A DNA stretch of 64,000 nucleotides from Tubulanus polymorphus (taxonomy: Eukaryota > Animalia > Nemertea): assembly GCF_964204645.1 (NCBI RefSeq), contig NC_134031.1, positions 2,294,001 through 2,358,000 on the forward strand. Direction: 5' to 3'. The number at the start of each line of letters is the position of its first letter. Positions within the stretch are counted from its first letter, which is position 1. A program made the translations under genes and the position numbers. Positions 39,682-52,500 of this stretch are shown here, in pieces. The notes below the pieces were generated by a model. It had not been told where the DNA came from and did no database searches. It saw only the letters and a program-made list of their open reading frames with translations.

Positions 39682-40812
39682 TCAAAGTATCGACTCTCCG
39701 CTCGCTCGCTTAAACAGGAAAAAGTGCTTCCTGTGTTTCTTAAAAAAACAACTGAACACGTCGATGATATTCTCGCGAAATGTTTTACTCATTGTACAGT
39801 ATAATAGAAAATTAATACTGTTATTTATCAAGGCGATGATGTCCATGAAATCGCCCAGCGGCGAGTAGACCCTTCGGAAAAATCGGATGTCCAAAGTCAT
39901 GCTGAGTAGCAACAGAATTCCCTGCGGTAATTCTGTTACGAGGAACAGAATGATGACGGCTACGAGCATGCGCGTCGTGCGGGCGTGTTCGCGCATCCGG
40001 TTCCGGAAGGAGTCGCTGGCTCGGTTAGATTTGTGGAGTAGACTGCTTTTTCGTTTGGCGATGTGCAACGTGTAGACGAGAATACCCCCGAAAATCGTCA
40101 TCAAAACGCACGGAATCATCTTCGCTAGTATTGCATAGGTCCACAAGTTCATCGACATCAGGTTGAACGGCGCGCCGGTGCTGTTCACAGATTTCAGTTT
40201 GAAAATCGAGCCGTTCGAGTTCGAATCGGGCAACTCTTTCACGGTCAGTGAGCAATAATTAGGAATTTGAACTAAAACCGAACACACGTAGACGATTATG
40301 ACGGCCACTTTCGCCCGAGGGATGCTACACATGATAGTCCCTTCCATCGATAAACGTATATATATATAGCGGAATATGGCCAGTAGAACTCCTAACCATA
40401 TCGATATGGTGTGGGTGGTAGCTGTGAACAGAGCGTTGAACATCATGAACGATACCCAACCACGTGTATTGCGTATCGGGCTCGGCTGTATACCGTAAGC
40501 CACGTAGAAATGATACGCGAACATCCAATAACTGGACATGGTCAAAAGATCCGATATCGCCAGTCCGGTCAGTATGCAGTTCGTCGACGTTTGCATGTTC
40601 TTGCGAGTTAGAATGACGATATTGAGAATGTTTGTCAATACGCCGAACGTGCAGACGATAAGACTGGCGTAGCCGTGCACGCCGGCGTACCAACAGTGGA
40701 ACTCCTCCAAGCCGGACAGGTCGCGAGGTCTGAATACCGTCTGGCAAACATCAGACGAAGAAGGTTCGGGAATCGGTTCTTCCGTTGATGGTATAAGCTG
40801 CGTTGTAGACAT
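39682..40812 (-). CDS. Class A peptide GPCR, myosuppressin-receptor/dmsr-1-like, 376 aa, single coding exon
   Basis: 7 TM; HGYASLIVCTFGVLTNILNIVILTRKNM, TNCILTGLAISD, HTISIWL..LAIFRY, RTTRML, TELPQG, LINNSINFLLYCTMSKTFR. Candidate 5' UTR acceptor TTTCAG near 40940. Confidence 0.88.
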   Translation of the reverse strand: MSTTQLIPSTEEPIPEPSSSDVCQTVFRPRDLSGLEEFHCWYAGVHGYASLIVCTFGVLTNILNIVILTRKNMQTSTNCILTGLAISDLLTMSSYWMFAYHFYVAYGIQPSPIRNTRGWVSFMMFNALFTATTHTISIWLGVLLAIFRYIYIRLSMEGTIMCSIPRAKVAVIIVYVCSVLVQIPNYCSLTVKELPDSNSNGSIFKLKSVNSTGAPFNLMSMNLWTYAILAKMIPCVLMTIFGGILVYTLHIAKRKSSLLHKSNRASDSFRNRMREHARTTRMLVAVIILFLVTELPQGILLLLSMTLDIRFFRRVYSPLGDFMDIIALINNSINFLLYCTMSKTFRENIIDVFSCFFKKHRKHFFLFKRASGESIL

Positions 40813-41851
40813 GTTTTCTTCTGCCCCATTACCGCGTTATTAGGACGAAGAACAGACGGCGAAATTCCGCTAACGAATACATATTTCGGCCAGTTCGTGA
40901 CTCGTCGCTAATCACCACCACAAACTCCTCTCTTTCTACCTGAAAGTACACGAACATAACATATGTATTTATATACGTATAAATATTCATCTTTACGTTT
41001 GACTTAGCACGAAGTCGCGGTCGTCGTCGTGGCATTATATCGTCGTTTCAGCTCACGTTGGATATGATCAGCGCGCTGCAGCTGGAAAGCCTTTGATTGC
41101 AAATGAGACATGTATGCTTTCTTCGCATTAAGGACCAAACGATTTTTTGATCTTGTTTCGCGGAATCACGTATAAAACCACCATGAAACAACGCACACAG
41201 CGATACAAAGCAATGAAAAACAGAGCCGCTTGCAAATTGGATAAACTTTTTCTGCGTCCATTTGATCCGATTTCATTGCTTGAATCGTCAATGAATTGAG
41301 ATGAATAACCAACCCATAATGCATGAAAAACATTCAATATGCCGCCGAAATCGCGGACAAAGCGCGTCCACACGATATGACGAAACTTCGCGTTCGAATA
41401 TATATTCGTGTTTGTTTTAAGCCGAGTCGGTATTGCTTAGAAATCATCTTTTTCTAATTCCAGTCACGTCGGTTATAATCAGAACATTCGTCTAAGAAGA
41501 TTTGCAACGAACGACAAAAATTAAGTGGCTTAGGCAAATCTTTTCAAGTGATGAATTTTTCTTCGCCCGAGCGGTTTATTTTTCATAAATACATCCTAAA
41601 TATGGGATATTGTTAGTCTGTGGCATCGGTTACCATTTTACATGTTTTCTCAAATGTAATTCTATATCAATCTATGGAATTGTGCTGATGAAAAATTTAT
41701 CAGATTTTGTTATCGGCTATATATCATGACGAGTTAATTTTGCACTGTTAAGCCATGTATTGAAAAAGCGCACTATTCGCCAATATGCCAACAACATATC
41801 CTAAACCATTGATATGGCGGTTCCAGTCCATCACCTCGGGAAGATACCGCG

Positions 41852-42114
41852 AAATAATAATAATTAATAATAATTTATTTTCGTAAACCAGTTACGAGGT
41901 ATCCAGTGCAAGCCAACAGGCTGTACATAAAATTAAGGCGCTGGAACCTTGTGCAGAGTGCAGGGGAATGTGCAGTGATACTTATAAATAATGCTATTAA
42001 TAATCTTAATGCTAACAATAATAATTATGCTAATCAATAATAATAATAATAATAATAATAATGATAATAATAATAATAATAATGCTAACAATAATAATAC
42101 ATGTAATGCTAATC

Positions 42115-42163
<49 letters not shown>

Positions 42164-43500
42164 CAAATTCTAATAATAATAATAACAATTCTAATAATGA
42201 TGACAACAATAACTTATACAAATACAAATACAATGATAATCATAATTACGGCAATATACCATAACCATTAATATTTCAGTAATTTAGGTAAAGATACTCA
42301 TAATGATAATAATAAAAGTGATAATAATAATAATAATGATAATAATAATAATAATAATAGTAATAATAATAATAATAATAATGATTGATTACAAATATGG
42401 AGGAAGCAAATGCCACAGATAATAATGATTACAAAGATAGATAGTCTAGTATAGCAGTCTAGTCAAGTTTAGTTAAGACTAAACACATACCAAGTTTTTC
42501 CTCAACGGGAGATGAATAATTACGCGTATTTCAGTAATATTTGTTTTTTAAATTGGAATGATAGTGAATTAATGCTGGTGGATGAACGGATAACATTCGG
42601 AGTATTTCGCCAAATACTAGGCATCTGAGCTAAGAAGGATTTACTGTATAATTTGGATTTATGGAAAGCAGCTCTCGCATAGTTAAACTGTCTGGTATTG
42701 TGGGAGTGGAAGTTAAAATTATGATGAAATAAATTTAGCAGTGGAGTTGGGAGGGAGTTATGAGTGTATTGAAATCCTAATTTGATAATTTCCAGTTGAA
42801 TCAGATCATGGAATTTAAGTATTTTATATTTTTTGAAAATAGGACCTGTTGGGGCGTTATAAGCTGAGTTTTCGATGAGTCTTAGTGCTTTTTTCTGAAT
42901 AGTAAAGAGACTTTTGGATTGACTAGATGATAACATTGGCCCCCACGCAATAAGTGCATACGTTAGGTGACTTTGGATATAGCTTATATATAACAGTTTT
43001 TTAGTCCAGCAGGGAATGAGATTTTTTAAGCTTCTTAAAAGATATAAATTTTTGTTTAATTTGTTAATTAATTGTTTTACATGAGGTTCCCAATTTAGAC
43101 GATCATCAATTAGCAAACCAAGAAATTTAGTAGAGTTTACTATTTCAAGAGAGTGTTTTCCAAATACTATTTTGTATAATGATTTGTCAATGGTTTTATC
43201 TTTTGAAAAAAGTAAGCACTTAGTCTTATCTATGTTAAGAGTGAGTTTATTTGAGTTAAACCAGTCAATGATAATATTGAGATCAATTTTAGCATTATGC
43301 AATAGTAAATTCATATGTTTGTTGGAAATAAGTAAGTTAGTATCATCTGCAAAGGAAACAGCTTTAGTGTAGCAGAGGTTGTGATTAAGATCATTGACAT
43401 AAATAAGAAAAAGTAAGGGCCCAAGGACCGATCCCTGTGGGACACCAAATGAAACGGTATTATAGGAAGAGTAGGCATTATTGAAAAAGATTGAAAAGGA
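41852..43500 (-). mobile_element. 5'-truncated LINE (CR1/L2/Crack-like) with RT C-terminal half, 3' UTR and (ATT)n tail
   Basis: Open frame 43515-42520 with [48 protein letters not shown]; AT-rich composition; minus-strand AATAAA at 41879-41874 followed by ATT repeats. Confidence 0.92.
41995..42385. repeat. Imperfect (AAT)n microsatellite inside the LINE 3' UTR
   Basis: Long interrupted AAT runs. Confidence 0.95.
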
Positions 43501-46500
43501 AAATGTATCTATCAAGAAATGAAATCGATGGTCTCTCTCTCGAGAAATCCAAAACGTCGCGTAACTTTCGACCTTAATAATTCTTGATGAACGAATTTCA
43601 TTTTTAATCTTTTAAATGGGGTTTTAATCTTAACATCTTCTCCGCGGCGAGTTTGGCTATTACGCTAAGTGGCTGTTCTTGTCGTTACCCTTCACGCACA
43701 CACGCACACACGCATACGGGGATCCAACCTATGGCTGTTTCTACTCACTACCTTTTCTGCGTCAGCCCCATATTTCAAGTAGGTTTTCTATACGATAAAT
43801 TAACTTTAAATCGACAGTAGAATTCGCTGAAGTCGGATCTTTCGGGACTGTAAGAATATGTCCGACTTGAGCGATATCCGAGTTGGATGTTATGTATTTC
43901 ATGTCACAAAATATATTTCAAAAAACATCCTAGTCAAACGACCCAGGCGGAGTCTATTGTAATTGGCCCCGGGATTTATTATAGTTGAAACTTTATCCAC
44001 GGGTTTTAAAGCAGTTTCGTAGAAAGCCCGATGATGTGACGACGCTTTCGCTCATCGCAAACTTCTGCGGCTCTCGGGGAATTTGCTTAGACGTTTTGAT
44101 CTTGTTTACACTCACGCAATGAGCGACGTTGAGATTTTTACAGCGAAGTAATGATGATGAATCTGCCGGTAAGCGTGTCTAAATACGATGATTGATTAAG
44201 GTGGCGTATTATGTGGCCGAATCGGTAAAACGCCAAAATCCACAGATTGATGCGATTCACTCCCTGAAAATGTCAGATTTATATAGACATCGGTTTGTGG
44301 AACTTATTGAGAATAAGACATTTATGAACTCATCATAATTATACCTTACGAAGCCCCCGACGAGTTGAAGAGCTCTGCTTTTGTCTCGATAAAACGGATT
44401 CTAAACGAAGAGATTTAGTAGAAAACTCATGAATAAATCATCTGGAATCAAATGCGCATTTAATCCGAAATAAGCTTCAATGGAAATTCGAACTCATGAG
44501 CCGGATTATCAAACTCATGAGCCGGATTATCCATGATCGACTGAGCCAATAAACCTAGCGCAACACCGGTGGTTTTGTGAGAACGAGCACTTCAGAGAAT
44601 GTCGGGTCCCCAAATGGAGTTTTTGATGTTTTCCATTGGCAAAATTCCATCTTAAAACAACATGCACTGATGGAACTTATTTTATCTTATTTCGTTCGGA
44701 CAGAAACTTTATTTATAGGCTTTTTAAAAAAAGTGATGACATTGGGACGTGCACAGGAAATTGTTTAGACTCTAAAGGGCGAAATGAATTAAGATTAGTT
44801 GCAGTTTTAGACCCACAGTATAATCATTGACCATTTGACAATGGATATCTATTCCGCTGAAATGTGCGTTATAAACTCGTATGAGCCTTGAGATATTCCT
44901 GGAATATTGGATTGAAGACGACGCCGTCCAGTGGCCTCTGACATTAGCCGAGTCCTTTTTCAGTGTTATGGACTTCTCTGCAGAAGTTTTCGCCACCGTT
45001 TCTTGAATGGATAATGAAGGTCGCGGAACAGAGCCTTGTCGATTTGTTTTTAGTCGAATGAGTTTGCGCTTGTTCGGAGAGAAGAGAAGGTATGTCTGAA
45101 TAATTATCGTATATCGATAAAGCATAGACTCGCAGACGAGAAGTTTCGAAATCAATCGATTGAAAGTTTGCGAATTCGCGTTTTGCGTTACGGCATATTG
45201 TGACGTATATACTGCACGACAGATGGAAGTTAAACACATACCCCGAAATTCATAATTTCGTGACAGGAAACTAACAAAGCACTCGCTAATTCACTGAAGT
45301 AGCGTGAGAAAATAAGGACAGGATGTTCTCGAGCGCTAACTTTAATTATAACATCCGAGTTTTCATCCATACCCAGTTTCAAAATTAGTTCCGAAAGTTT
45401 TGTGATAGTTTGATTTGTCTCAAAGATAGTTCTTTTCTGGCATTTTAACTCGAACATCAAAATGAACCTACATTTTGTCTGAGCGCTCTAAATGACGTTA
45501 CAAGATGCTAGCGATAAGCTGACACAGTGATGTTAGATAATACAGAGCTATAGCTAACCTTTTAAACGAATTGATTGCAGTTTGTGAGATAATACGCCGA
45601 TACTTCCATTTGCAAAAAGTGATGCTCGTATTTTTCCGGATCTTTTCAATTGCTGTTATTGGCTTCCATTCAACCGGAAGTCGCGAGCACGCAATCAATC
45701 ACCAAACTGCAGAACTACGAAGCGGAAGTAGTTTTCTATTTTTTCCGCTACTGTTTTACATACACGATCGAGAGAGTGGAATTATTCATGATTTGTGACG
45801 TTTTGTTTTCGATTGTATGGTGTCGTAATGATTCTACATCTGAGGCTTTCGTGTTCTAAGCGAACATAGTCAGGTAATCAATGATTTAAGGATATTCTCA
45901 TTTTTCTTTTTTTGGTGATATTCGCGGTATAATCCGTCAACATCGTGATACATGGCTGGAGTTGGAGATACACGCTGGTGCTAATAATACCAAGCATATC
46001 TGAAAAGCGCTCTGAGCAGTCAGTCATGTTGCATTTAGCGCTATGTAAGCCTCATCATTGTCATCAGCAGTCCAATATGCGATGCCCCGTGATGTGTATA
46101 AGGCCACCCATCGTTCCCTAGAGTAGCTTCAACAGTACCTGTTTTAACAGTCTTCAAATGGATATTGGCAGCCTCAATTCCGACGAGCAGTTGAACAAAC
46201 TAATACGCCGCAACTGGCATAACATTGCCCCGGCAACACGGTGGGATTCCCGACAGATTGGTCCGCGCCACTATACATCCTGTAGTGCAGCCGCACCGGT
46301 AGTCGAAGGCTTTCAAAACATTACGTTTTACCGGCTATCACGATAATGCGCATTATTCTATCTCACTATGGGTTGTGCTGATGTTGTTTTTTTTTTTACC
46401 ACAGAAATCCGGGTGTGCGCTAAGCGAAATGTAAAAGCAAAGTGTATTAACCTAATCAACGGTTCTGAGTCCGTGTGATTGCGTTACGCCTCAACCTAGA

Positions 46501-49500
46501 GAAATAAGAAGCTATTTTCCTTGAACGTGTTCTTATGTGTACCTGCAACTTATACGGTTGCTGATAATTCGCTTAAGCGCAAAAATTTTACCAGAATATC
46601 AACCCCGATCAATAAACCTGCGAAACCCAAATGAGGACACGTGCCATCGCCTAGTCCCGCTAGATAGCGTACGTTTCCATAGGACAACGCGATTTTCCAA
46701 TTAATTTACATCTAGATGTTGATATAGCATCCCTCGTAAAACATTATAAGGCAAATTTTGTCACTTGATAAAGATTGATGTTTAGAAATCGTGTATAGGG
46801 TGACTTAATCATCATTCATGGATAACCAACAAATCCGGACGTCATTATCCCTACATTCACACTGGTGACACCTGGTGAATCCTCGCTTGCCACAGGCGGA
46901 ATCCTCGATTGCCGCAGTCAAACGTTTTAGGGAAAATAGTCTAACAGTTACTACAGTCGACCTCATTACTCGTTGTGATATGCTCTTGACACTGTTTCAA
47001 AGATGGAACGATATAAAGTAACAACAGAATGTCTTTCAAGTCATCGCTATCACGTGTGGAGCTCGAAGAGAATATATATTACATCTTGTGATATACGCGA
47101 TAAAAGCTTGGAAATGGATCGAGTTTTACTTTGCGCTCGCTAATGGTTTTCTTTCAGGACTTACTAGGTGAATGCATATTCATCGACTACTTACGAACTA
47201 AGTGAAACTGAATGTCAGTTAGTTCGAGCTATGTTATAGGATTGATCGCGGTCGTTGTGGTTCAGATCTAGTTCCAAGATGGCGGATTCAAGTGAAATGC
47301 ATTAGCTGGAAGCGCGTTCGGTTATCAACCCCGACCACTAGGGCGACTAGTTATCTTGTGGTTCACGATTTTGAGCTACAAATCGGACCTTGGGGTATAT
47401 AATCATTTGACAAATGGTAAAATGGCTTCCAAATGGAAATGTTGTCAAACAAGTCACCAAATAGATATAAGATTGAGGTGCCCAATGAGTGTATGGTACA
47501 GTTTTACTGTAAATTGATTTAATAATGAGAAAAATTTATTCGAATTTTTTTTTAAATGAAGAAGAAATTGAAGAAAGGTAACCGAATAACCACTAGCGAA
47601 CCTGGCGGATCCTCGCCTGCCATACGTAAAATCCTGGATTGCCGCAGTAGCGGTGCCGGTATACGTCTGCCGCTGGGATAGTACTCGATACTATTATCGG
47701 GTCTACCACATTTTGACGGGTATTTTCCGAAATTAACTTAAACATTTTAAAATTTCAAACAATATGTCGAAATGTAATATCATTCATCGTGGAAGTCACA
47801 TCGCGTAGCTGTGATATCCAGTTTTAACATGCTGTTTTGAAACTGAGAATACTAGCAGAGTTTACCATCAATCTCCTAGCTAGTTTGCGGTATTGTTGAC
47901 GTTGTACCCTTAGGATCATTTCTGCAAAATCAACCGATGAATTCGGTTTATTTTTCGCTGAGAAACTTCATGTCAAAAAGCGGCTAACATTTTGGAACAT
48001 CCGTCGATTCTTAAAGTGTGTGTCAATCCGGGGTCCTGGAAAAAAACAGCTTTTCGTTTGAGGAAAAATAACTTGATAGAAAATGGATTCGCAGATTTCT
48101 GCGGGCGTGCACGCGCCTCTCGCATCAACACACAGACACACGTATACAAAATCGGATTAGACGTTAAATAGTTTCTTTGCCGCGACTTCCATGTATGAAT
48201 TTCCGAACGTCATTAGGCAAAAAGCAGATTGAATGAAATAGCCTTAAGTCGAGTGTAGGCTTCTCAGACACATCGCAGCTGATGCACAACTTAAAAGCCA
48301 ACTGTAGCCAAGTGAAGTTTCGACGCGTGATAATCAACAAACAGGCTGATGATTTCCTAATGGATCCCCGTCCTAATTCCCGATCAGACCGAACCGTGAA
48401 GATGTTGTTAATAATTCAGCCGTCAAAAACTCACCGGTTTATTAAGTGAATTACCACCCGTATGGACGAGTTGGGCCCGGTGAAACAGGGCTTCCTGCTA
48501 CTATAAGCTTCCAATTATGAGGCACTTACACCGGCTCAGAGGACGGTAATCAGAGATCGTTATTTCCAAGCCTGTTACATCCGACGTGTCATATATTATA
48601 GACGGCAATCTGAACAAACCATACACACGCGCACATGCAACAACTTGAGTGGCATTTCTACGTCCTGCTATTTGAACAGTTCGTGTTCATAATTGACGTG
48701 TATGGCCCGAGAATAGAAAAGCTGAACTTCCTAATGAAAATATCATCGATGAAAAATGTCGAAACGATTCACTTTCATAACAACAACAAAAAAACGAAAA
48801 ACACGCGTAACATGAAACGGAATGTCTAAAACTGATATTGATTTTTTTAGCCCAGACGACGACATCTGTTTCAGTTCTCCGATTTGCAAGGACCCGCGTC
48901 TGAGTAGATGACGAAAATAGATTCAGTTTTTGTTCAGTTATACGAGATCCTGTGAGTGGAATGTTTTTTTAGGAATTGAAGTCCTCTCAGAGTATCGCAT
49001 AAGGCAAAGGAACGCGTTTCGCGTTTCGTTTGAACCATCAGGAACAGAACTAAAGTGGTCGACTGTGGCAATCGAGGTTTCTATTTGTTTCGATATGGTG
49101 TAGTGGGATTAGGACATTGGATTTCTTCTGAACTAAAACTAGTTCTCAAATTGCCATTGAACCAAAAATATCAATCTACGTAAGTTTATCTAGGCGCCTA
49201 ACTTTTGGTCATCGGCCTATCAATCTAAATAACAATTATTCGAAAAATTATCTCATTTTGATTATGTATGTCCGATTACCAGGCACGCCATCTGGTGGGG
49301 TAGCTGGAAGCACGGAGTTTGATTTAAGTGGTATCGACATTTTTAATCAATGTAGTGGCGTTTCCTTAAGAGTACAGCGCGAAATACTATACCCAACACC
49401 ATCACCAACGAGAGCCAACGTCTCATATCAGCCACATGTTGATTTCTTGAAAGCTTTTTCTAGATATAATTCGATTTGCGGAAACTAATTTCTGACAGCG

Positions 49501-52500
49501 CCGAGTCGGCGATGCGGCAGTCGCGTGAAGAGACCGCTCGCCAAATGACGAAATGATTGATGGATTACGGTCGAGTCGAGATATTGAAATCAACCCTTCG
49601 GGGAAACGTCGTGACATACACTGTCGCAAATTATTAGCAATCATGTTACGCGTAGGTAAGAAAGAACCAACAAGACGCAATAGAAACAATACGAACGCCA
49701 AATCCCCGGAGTACGGTTCATCATACGGAAGATACGTAGTTATCTTGGTCCTAGACACACGGGATTCAATCCCAGATGGGTTTGATAGGACCGGAAATAT
49801 GAACGAGTCGTACGCTTATTACTTGTCCGTTCATTATTGCAGAATATTATGCCATGGATCTATACCTCCACTTTTCAAATCACTGGTCCATTCGGGAATA
49901 AGACAAAATCATTTCTAATCATTTTTCATGAGAGCTTGTAACGTCGGGGATGCGGCTCCTGGGGCCGGTTCGCAGTAATCCAATTCAACCCGACGTTACG
50001 AATAAAAAAAAAACTCAATAATAGGAATAACGGAATAGTTTTGAAATGTTCCCTGGGTTAAACTATTAATTGAAATTTACATCTAAAATTGACACAAGAG
50101 TCTAATTAACTTTTTGACCTTATAAGATCATTAGTCCATTAACAATTGACATGAGACTAAAACCAGCCATTACCTAAGCAAGATCTCCAAGTAGTTGAGC
50201 TTTCAAGTTTTAGTTATACCTTGAATATTTTTCCACTGGCTCTAAACCTTACAAGACCGTTAAACCCAATCGGTACTGCTTAGAAAACCGGCCTAAATTG
50301 CCGATAATCTTAGAAAAAATCCCACAAATAGTATTGCTTTCTGTCTAAGGCTAACGAATTTAAACACATTAGATCATACCTTGAGAAAAAATATTTCCGC
50401 TGGTATATCACAAATAGAGTTGGCGACAAAAGCTGCTACTTTTGATTCCGACAAGTCTTCGCATCAATAAATCAGTGTCACGACGACTCGGCCGCGGTGG
50501 CCGCGCGCGCGTGTCATTCGGCCAGAAAGTCGATTAAGCACCTCTTATACAACTCATTAATATTAGCCTATTCGTCGATGTCCGGAGTTAACTGAACCGT
50601 TTGCGAACATGTGTCCCGATCGATAGATTTTAATTAAACCGCAACAAAGAGACAAGAAGTGGCTTATCAAATATATGGACGTGGGAGACAAGCACACTTT
50701 ATCGAGAAATCGAACTAGACCTCGCAGGTGTGTTGATCCATTATGATTCCAAACGTATTTTATGTACATATGTATACAAATGTATTCCACTGGAGTTTTG
50801 AGTATAAGCATAGTTCGTATGTACACAAAATTATGGATACATTTCTATATATTTAACAAATACTTTCTATATTTCCCTATTCGTGTATTCTTCGCGTTTA
50901 CTATACGGGCGATGTTGACTCGCTACGAATTATGATCGTTTAGCGAAAGGCCGTGTGGTTATGTCGCGACCTGTATTTGTTTACTGGCTGATTCGAGCCT
51001 AGGGATTTTGAAATTGATGTTTGTGATCAGACCGGACTTCTGTATACGTATTTTAGTAAAGCACTACATCGCCGTCAGGTTCCATTTGACGAACTGAAAA
51101 TCGAAAATCGCACTTCCCACTTCCCACTTTCATTATTAGTTCTAATTCGCACCTTGCGCCTCTCTCATTTTGCCCGATGATTACTTTTGACGCGTATGTG
51201 AGAATCGACTAACTGGGTAGTGGTCAGGGTAACGCGAGGGTCGCGGTCTATGTGTTTATGAATACAAAGCTAGTCTCCGGAAACCGAGATTCGAACGACG
51301 TAAGGCAAGACAAACAAACAAACAATGCTGAAAATCACATTCGAACGAAAGTGGATGGCATTCGCTGATGCAAGACAAATCTTCCAAAAAGGCCCATGGA
51401 GATTCAAACGCACAAATCATGGATGAGGCGCGGGTAGTTTCGAACTTCGACTACAAAAGGTTCTTTCGGATGCACGATAAGACAATAGTAATTAAGTTTC
51501 AAGCCGCAGTTAGCCAAACACCACTGCAACTCAAGAAGCCTCTACAACCTGTGAAGATAATAAAACAGCGCGAAGTCGAGGATTTCATTATTAGGAGACG
51601 ATATTCTCCGAAATGACTTTTTTATTCATTTATTCCCAGTAATAAAACCATATCGATATTGATGCGTATTTAATTCGGTAGACAGTGTCCGTATTAGCGA
51701 GTTTTACTTAATATACCTTAGTGATAAACGGCAACCTCGGCAACTCGTAAAGCCATTGTCGTGTCCGTATTGTAATAACACGGTTTTCTTTTTTTATGCC
51801 CAGGCGATAAAGCCGTATCATACGGACGGTCGCTTGGCGTTATTTCATCCATAAAACACGGCATAATCACCTGGAAAGTGTTGTTTGAATAATTCACTGG
51901 TAGCGTCTGCTAACTTTTCGACCTCGTCGCAAATGGACACAACACGGACCCCGGGGTTCATTATCATGTTACGAAACGACCGACGCATAATTACTTCAAC
52001 AACTCTCAAATGGCACCGTATAACATGGATCCCAATGATTTCGATATGATGATTCATAGGAGCAAAATCGGTCTTGATCCTGTCTGAACATAAGCCGCGA
52101 TCACCGAGCATAGTTTTTTTGCCCGACCAAAAACGTCAGTCTATGTTTAAGCATTGTTTAGCATCGAGCGAGTGCTTTACGTGTGAACATCTCCACGATT
52201 AGGCACGGGCCAAATTTGACTGATCTGGGCCAATTTAGCAGGGGGACAAATTTATTTCATCTCGATCAAAGCGATTAAAAACCGAAAATGTATTAGAAAG
52301 TCAAAATGGCATTGCCTAAAGACGACATCCATCAAAATACTGCAATATACTTTGTGCGGCTTGGTTTGTGCTTGTTCGTTCACACATGGCCGTCAAAATG
52401 GCCATCAACTCATGAATTTTTCTCCGATGGCACTTAGGCATTCATACGTACATTCATAAGGACTATAGCTTGTAGAAACCACCGAACTAGAGAATATGCA

